This document shows positions 36,607 to 41,768 of a stretch of DNA of 41,768 nt, piece by piece. This stretch comes from a virus (taxonomy: Duplodnaviria; Caudoviricetes): positions 1 to 41,768 of IMG/VR virus record IMGVR_UViG_3300034152_000303; one strand, 5' to 3'. Position 1 is the first letter of the stretch; each line of letters opens with the position of its first letter. Made by a program: the position numbers and the translations under genes. The notes beneath the pieces are model-generated. The model was not told where the DNA came from, ran no database searches, and was given only the letters and a program-made list of their open reading frames with translations.

Positions 36607-38112
36607 TTACACTCCCATCCAGCTGTGACTACCTCTTGGCTTTTTACCGTAGTTACTGGGACCCGGCTGAGTAACTTTCTTTCTTCCCTTGTCTTTGTTC
36701 TTACTCCATGCTTGGTGAGCGCTTCCGTAAAAGTACTCGGAGATAGCCAGAGCATCGGCGATGTTGGGAGAAGCAAAACCTCTCTTCTTCATATCATCCT
36801 TGCTTTCAAGCTGAATCGCTCCGTTTCGAAACTTATATGTAGGACAAGATAGCTCATTCGCCAGCTCGTGCCCAAGGTGAATGTCAACTCCACCTATCTT
36901 TACACTTTCATCTGGGAAGCTATACCTTCTATGAAGGCAATTCTCTCTGATTTCTCCCCAGAGTTGATCTCTAAGTCTATGAAACTTTTCAGGTTCCCAC
37001 GCCTTCCAGGCAGTATTTACCCCATGAACCTTCTTATTGCCCAGTCCTCTTGGGTCAGTATGGTGCCAGTCAATAACTCCACCACCTACACCAATTTCAT
37101 CTATACCAACTCCAGAGGCTTCAAGATCATTAAACTTTGTCAGGATATGCCAGGCAAGCTCAATAGTATTGACGCCTTTGTAAGTATCCCAACCAAATAT
37201 CTTCATCCCTCGCCTGGGAAGAATAATGCTATCATCTTCCCCATAACGAGCAACATCGACACCCAGATAAAGTGGCCAACCTTCATCAACATCAATAGGA
37301 TTGCCAATACAGTCAACAGCCCAAGACAGAGGAATGTAAGTATTCTCATCATCCAAGGGCGGTTCACCCGCAACCCTGATTCGCCATATGTTAGAATCTT
37401 CGCCATACTTGTACCTAAAGTAGTCAACCATCTCCTTGGTGACATTCTCACTATCACGAGAGTCCCAGTGATGCTTTCGCCATTTCTTACCAATCTTTGG
37501 ATCAAACTGTGTTTCGTGAAAGTACCCTGTATTTTTAGTTGGGTTTCCAATAAGTAAAACCCTATTGTCCTCTTGCGTCATAGCACCTTCAAGTGGAATA
37601 AAGACTGGGTCTGGCACACCACTTGCTTCGTCCACAACTATCAGAAGATGTTCACTATGAAGGCCAGCTAATGTTTCAGCTTGTTCCTCTTTACTGGCTT
37701 TAACAGATGGCGAAATTGCCCTGCACCACCATTCTTTAGGCGCCTGCTTGTGGAACATCTTATCTTTCTGCAGTACAAATTCGTCGGCAAGAACTGAGAT
37801 TCTAAGCCACTTTGAAAGTTCTGACCAGAGAATGTCAGCGAGCTGGCGCGCAGTTGGAGCAGTACAAGCAACCTTTGGATAAGCTCTTGTCGACATAAAC
37901 CAGAGGATAATCCAGGCTGCGAAAGCGTCTTTTCCAGTACCATGACCACTCCTTATACTTGTTCTCTTCGATTTACCGAAGTCCGCAAGTGCTTGAGCTT
38001 GCTGTCTGGAGGGCCCTGGTTTTGGAACCCTGCTCCAGTCAAACGCTTCCTTGACAAACAGTAATGGACTTGCAGCCCATTCAGCAAGCTTTTCTTTTAC
38101 ATAGTGAGCCAT
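36607..38112 (-). CDS. terL: Terminase large subunit
   Basis: RSGHGTGKD, VVDEASG, IGNP, LGVDVARYGEDDS, SPNIADAL. Confidence 0.93.
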   Translation of the reverse strand: MAHYVKEKLAEWAASPLLFVKEAFDWSRVPKPGPSRQQAQALADFGKSKRTSIRSGHGTGKDAFAAWIILWFMSTRAYPKVACTAPTARQLADILWSELSKWLRISVLADEFVLQKDKMFHKQAPKEWWCRAISPSVKASKEEQAETLAGLHSEHLLIVVDEASGVPDPVFIPLEGAMTQEDNRVLLIGNPTKNTGYFHETQFDPKIGKKWRKHHWDSRDSENVTKEMVDYFRYKYGEDSNIWRIRVAGEPPLDDENTYIPLSWAVDCIGNPIDVDEGWPLYLGVDVARYGEDDSIILPRRGMKIFGWDTYKGVNTIELAWHILTKFNDLEASGVGIDEIGVGGGVIDWHHTDPRGLGNKKVHGVNTAWKAWEPEKFHRLRDQLWGEIRENCLHRRYSFPDESVKIGGVDIHLGHELANELSCPTYKFRNGAIQLESKDDMKKRGFASPNIADALAISEYFYGSAHQAWSKNKDKGRKKVTQPGPSNYGKKPRGSHSWMGV

Positions 38113-38113
38113 A

Positions 38114-39550
38114 CTAATCTTCGTATCCGATCATTCTTCTTATGAACTTCTCAGCATCTTCCAAACTTGAAAATTCATTAAGCGTGTCCCACTTTCCTGA
38201 CTTCTTTTTACCTTCAACCCAGTAAGGCGGATGTGTAACAGTGTGTCTTTCCTTCCTATGAATGATTCTACCAGGGCCAGCGATATCACCAGGCTTTAGC
38301 CCACCAGATATTTCGCCTTCTACTATCTTTCTTGGCTTCTTTAAAATTTCTGTAACTGGTGTTTCATAGGAACTGGTTCTTACATATCCAGGCTCTATAC
38401 CTCTAAGCCTAACCATTTTTACAGCTTCTTCGGTGAAAGGATCAACAGCTCTTTCTGACATTGTAACATACTCTTCGTCCAAACGAACTTTTGGCTTAAG
38501 AGATGTTGGAGTAGAAGCTTTCGTTCCCTTAAGGATATTTTCTTTCCTTCCTTGTGAAAGCATCTTCTTAATCATGGCGTCAGTTAGTTTAATAACCTTC
38601 TTCTCGCCAATAGAGGATTCACCTGAAGCACGCTTCTTTCCTCTTCCACCAACATCAAGTGCAGCAACCTCTTGAGGAACTCCAGTTCTCTTTGAATAAA
38701 GACTTAAACGGTTTTCAGCTATTCTTCTATGAAGGCCTCCACCTTCTTTAACAGATTTTGCAATTTTTGCTGCTTCTGTTAATACTTCCGGCAGTGCTTC
38801 CTTTCCTTCTATCATAGCTTGAGCTTGTGTTCTTCTGAAGAGATTCCCAAAATCTACAGCTTCACCAGCCTTTTCTATCTGCTCACCGACCATTCTGGCA
38901 TGTTGTTCATGAGGAGCAACCCAATATCCTGAAGACATATAATCTGGCTCCTGTCTAAGATTCTTTGCGACAGATCTCATAGTTGCACTTCTGACTAATT
39001 CCACGTCATCTGGATCAGGAGCCCACTGTCTTCCGTGTGTAAATTCATGCCCAAGTATATTCTTTACCCCTCTTCTTTTAGAATAATGAGCATACGGAGT
39101 AAGCAATATTTCCTGTGTACTGGGTATGTATTTTGCGGCAAAATGACCCATTCCACCACTAACAAATTTAATGTCAGATATTCTATCAAGTTCTTTCTGT
39201 GGTATAGTCTTGAGAAGCTCAACGCCCTTTTGTATAATTTCTTCTGGAACCTTTGTAGCTCTGCCTGTTCCGGTAAATCTTGCGATAGCAATCCTTCTTC
39301 CAATATTAGCAGGGCCAGTTCCGGCACCAGGGCTTCCAGCTAACATGGCATCGAACACTGCTCTTGTCACTTCTGTAGAAGAAACATCTCCTTTTCCTCT
39401 AAGAGCAGCACCAACCTTTGCCATATTCTCAAGAGGTTCTTTAAAGAAAGTCTGATATATGTGCCTGCCCAGTTTACCCCACTTTCGCAGATTCTCCACG
39501 TTCTGCTCGGTAGAACCAAGCTGCACAGCTGCTCTTGGCTTATTAGCCAT
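38114..39550 (-). CDS. Protein with zincin-like metallopeptidase motif
   Basis: ILGHEFTHGRQ plus downstream Y...PHEQHAR. Confidence 0.65.
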   Translation of the reverse strand: MANKPRAAVQLGSTEQNVENLRKWGKLGRHIYQTFFKEPLENMAKVGAALRGKGDVSSTEVTRAVFDAMLAGSPGAGTGPANIGRRIAIARFTGTGRATKVPEEIIQKGVELLKTIPQKELDRISDIKFVSGGMGHFAAKYIPSTQEILLTPYAHYSKRRGVKNILGHEFTHGRQWAPDPDDVELVRSATMRSVAKNLRQEPDYMSSGYWVAPHEQHARMVGEQIEKAGEAVDFGNLFRRTQAQAMIEGKEALPEVLTEAAKIAKSVKEGGGLHRRIAENRLSLYSKRTGVPQEVAALDVGGRGKKRASGESSIGEKKVIKLTDAMIKKMLSQGRKENILKGTKASTPTSLKPKVRLDEEYVTMSERAVDPFTEEAVKMVRLRGIEPGYVRTSSYETPVTEILKKPRKIVEGEISGGLKPGDIAGPGRIIHRKERHTVTHPPYWVEGKKKSGKWDTLNEFSSLEDAEKFIRRMIGYED

Positions 39551-39855
39551 TAGTCCTTCAACCTTTCAAGGAGCTGAATGATTTCATCATTCCTGTCAGT
39601 GATACTCTTTCTCTTCTTCTTTGCAGCTGGTAGAGGTGCAGGAGCTGTTTCAACTTGCGGATAACCACTTCTCTTGAACCTCTCAAAGAGAGGAGATAAA
39701 TGACTGACATATCCAGGTTCTTTCCCAAGAGCTTTGCTAATGCCAGTGTTAGCTTCAATAGCTTGCATCAGCTGAGGATTCTTTGTCCTCTCAGCCTCTA
39801 TGAGAATATCCTGGATGAAGTCGCCCTTCCTTCCATACCCATAGCCAATAGGCAT
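39550..39855 (-). CDS. Hypothetical protein
   Basis: SD GAGGTG; TAATG coupling to the next gene. Confidence 0.65.
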   Translation of the reverse strand: MPIGYGYGRKGDFIQDILIEAERTKNPQLMQAIEANTGISKALGKEPGYVSHLSPLFERFKRSGYPQVETAPAPLPAAKKKRKSITDRNDEIIQLLERLKD

Positions 39856-39856
39856 C

Positions 39857-39889
39857 TCAGCACCTCATCACGTTTTGACAATTTACTGC
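39857..39889. promoter_or_regulatory. 33-bp palindrome, copy 7 (one arm degenerate)
   Basis: TCAGCACCTCATCAC-GTT-TTGACAATTTACTGC; covers a stop codon and the next RBS. Confidence 0.6.
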
Positions 39890-40284
39890 AAATTTGCAAG
39901 AGTAAAAATCAACTCAGGATCAATACTCTTAAACTCAAAATGAATATGAGGAAGCATTGGTTTCCCATACTTCTTTGAGATATCTTGAGCAAACCCAATA
40001 GCACTTCCTTCTTCCAGGTGACGATTCAAAAAGTCTGGGTCGGGCGCCAGGTAGAACATATAAATCCTGGCTTTAGGACAGATAATCTCACATCCAGTAT
40101 AAGTGGTATCTCCTGCGTAGGGATAAACCACTCTGGATAGTTCGCCAGTAACTGGCATGATAACCACCTGTCCAGGGTCACACAGGAAGTCCAAACCCGC
40201 ATGTTTTCTGGAACCCCTCGAAGCACCATAATGCCCATCTCCAGCGCCATCACTCCTGATTCCTTTTCCTGTTGGGCTACGCAA
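39883..40284 (-). CDS. M23 family peptidase, probable endolysin
   Basis: HAGLD (HxxxD) and PHIHF (HxH). Confidence 0.85.
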   Translation of the reverse strand: MRSPTGKGIRSDGAGDGHYGASRGSRKHAGLDFLCDPGQVVIMPVTGELSRVVYPYAGDTTYTGCEIICPKARIYMFYLAPDPDFLNRHLEEGSAIGFAQDISKKYGKPMLPHIHFEFKSIDPELIFTLANLQ

Positions 40285-40534
40285 TTTTAACTGTCTCCTG
40301 TTTAAGTTCGTTAATGGTTTTGTCCCAGCCCTCTTCTACAGCCGCCTCAATCTGGCTGATGGTGAACTTTCTCTGGAATGTGGCCTTGTCCCTGACAAGA
40401 GAAAGTCTGATGTAGCCCTTCATCTTCTCAAAGATTTTCTCCTGGTCGTATTCCAGCATCACCTCTTCTGTCCTTTGAGGGCTTTTAGTACCAACCCAGA
40501 CTTCCCTTAAAATTGCGAATCTCAGGCCCATCAT
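40277..40534 (-). CDS. Hypothetical protein
   Basis: ATGA coupling. Confidence 0.65.
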   Translation of the reverse strand: MMGLRFAILREVWVGTKSPQRTEEVMLEYDQEKIFEKMKGYIRLSLVRDKATFQRKFTISQIEAAVEEGWDKTINELKQETVKIA

Positions 40535-41157
40535 GCCACCTCATTAAAGATTGCTTTTGCTTTTTTGACTATTTCATCGATTACAGCAGACAGACTGCCA
40601 GCATCTGTATGCTCAGATATAAGCTCATCTAAGACAGCATCTGCTATTTGACTGGGACTGGCGCCAGCAGAAATGTTTCCAAGTGCCTCTCCAGCGCTTC
40701 CGGTGTCAGTGTGCTGTGCCAGCATCTCGTCCCAGACTTGATCTGCAATGTCAAGCTTATCTTGTTCTGTCACTCCAGAACCTTGTGTTACAATCTGAAG
40801 ACCGGCGCTGTTAGTTGGAATTACCTGCACCTGATTCTGTACCAGTATTCCATTCTGAATGTCCCAGATATTATTGTTACTTCCGTCCAGTCTTACTGAG
40901 TACTGCCCATCTTCAAATTCAACACTATATGGAGCCAGAATTTCAACAGTTCTGGCATATGTGATTCCAGCAATTGTAACCTCAGTATTGTGCTTATGTG
41001 TATCTGGTTGGGTTATTCCAACTTCACTATCTTCCCAGCTCTTTAATTCAAGCCTAAAAGCATCAGTATCAAGGCTGTAAAGAGTACCAGATACAAGAGT
41101 CAAATCTGTCTTTGGAATAGAGATGACATATGTATTTAAGTCAATACTAATTGCCAT
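40531..41157 (-). CDS. Putative virion structural protein
   Basis: HNT..IAGITYAR, FEDGQY; two IAD.V.DE...H...GS repeats. Confidence 0.7.
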   Translation of the reverse strand: MAISIDLNTYVISIPKTDLTLVSGTLYSLDTDAFRLELKSWEDSEVGITQPDTHKHNTEVTIAGITYARTVEILAPYSVEFEDGQYSVRLDGSNNNIWDIQNGILVQNQVQVIPTNSAGLQIVTQGSGVTEQDKLDIADQVWDEMLAQHTDTGSAGEALGNISAGASPSQIADAVLDELISEHTDAGSLSAVIDEIVKKAKAIFNEVA

Positions 41158-41401
41158 TCTTAAGTTTCCTCAGCTGGCCGCGCAGCCGTTCATTCTCTTC
41201 CAGAATCTCATTATGCTCTTTGTTCTTGTTATCCAGCATCAGTTGGAAGATTTGCTGTTGTTTTACTTTCTCTGCTTCCCACTGCTTCTTTTGCATCTCC
41301 ATTAATACTATCCTATCCTGGAGATCAGCATTTATTACCTCAAGTTTCTGGCAATGCTCTTGCAGTGAGGCAACTTTCTTTTCAAGGTATTCTTCATTCA
41401 T
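41147..41401 (-). CDS. Coiled-coil hypothetical protein
   Basis: Overlaps both neighbours; heptad pattern. Confidence 0.65.
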   Translation of the reverse strand: MNEEYLEKKVASLQEHCQKLEVINADLQDRIVLMEMQKKQWEAEKVKQQQIFQLMLDNKNKEHNEILEENERLRGQLRKLKNGN

Positions 41402-41768
41402 CTTTTATCATTACCACTGTTGCGTTATAGCCAGTTATTTCTGAGACAGTTCCACTTAAAACTGCTGTCTTGAACTTTCCGGTTCCAGTTCCTTTTCTTA
41501 CCCTACCTTCCTGTATCGGCTGGTCAGCCGTCAGCTGCTGCGCCTTATTCAGTAGGCCACCGGCGGTAGTAACATCGTTCACCATTACTGTTCCCTGTGA
41601 TAGTGGGCCGCCCGATCCAGCTTCGTAATATACTCTTGCTCCCACAATAGCATCACCGTTCTGATCTTTAACAGTAAACTTCTGCCATACTCTACTCTGG
41701 GTGCTGTCTATCAGCGTTCCAGTAAATTCTGCTGTTCCATTCAGCGTCCATGTCTTGCCAGTGGCGAT
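41394..41768 (-). CDS. Partial virion/tail protein, 5' end beyond the window
   Basis: Frame open to the window end: IATGKTWTLNG...VKDQNGDAIVGARV... Confidence 0.7.
   Translation of the reverse strand: MATGKTWTLNGTAEFTGTLIDSTQSRVWQKFTVKDQNGDAIVGARVYYEAGSGGPLSQGTVMVNDVTTAGGLLNKAQQLTADQPIQEGRVRKGTGTGKFKTAVLSGTVSEITGYNATVVMIKDE

Noticed and set aside
36868-37557. 229-aa + strand ORF
   Set aside because: Antisense shadow of terL
262-41768. Alternative genetic code, introns/inteins, reverse transcriptase/DGR or integrase
   Set aside because: Core genes are intact in the standard code and no such motifs were seen

Overview
About 41.8 kb of a tailed dsDNA phage genome with podovirus-like content and two convergent arms. 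The + arm (about 0.2-16.9 kb) holds small early genes, an ATP-dependent ligase, an RHH regulator missed by the ORF track, a Cas4-like/AAA_24(Sak4-like)/SSB-like recombination module, a DUF1937-like protein, a ParB-HTH/DNA-methyltransferase fusion, a UDG-family-A polymerase fusion with His at position 762, RNase HI and a DUF3987-like NTPase. No primase is recognisable. The - arm (16.9-41.8 kb) holds an M23 endolysin, a HExxH protein, TerL, a P22-like portal, scaffold, an N4-gp56-like capsid protein, tail and transglutaminase-like proteins, a 1646-aa ejection-type protein and a holin. The most unusual signals are non-coding: (1) a 33-bp imperfect palindrome (CCAGTAAAnnGTCAA-N3-TTGACAAnnTACTGG) at 7-8 gene junctions on both arms; (2) a 31-nt long-range duplex with five G-U pairs (212-242 with 806-836) that loops out the first two genes, plus a crossing anti-SD arm (981-996); (3) long stem-loops bracketing the recombination operon. 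All family calls come from reading motifs by eye; no database searches were run.
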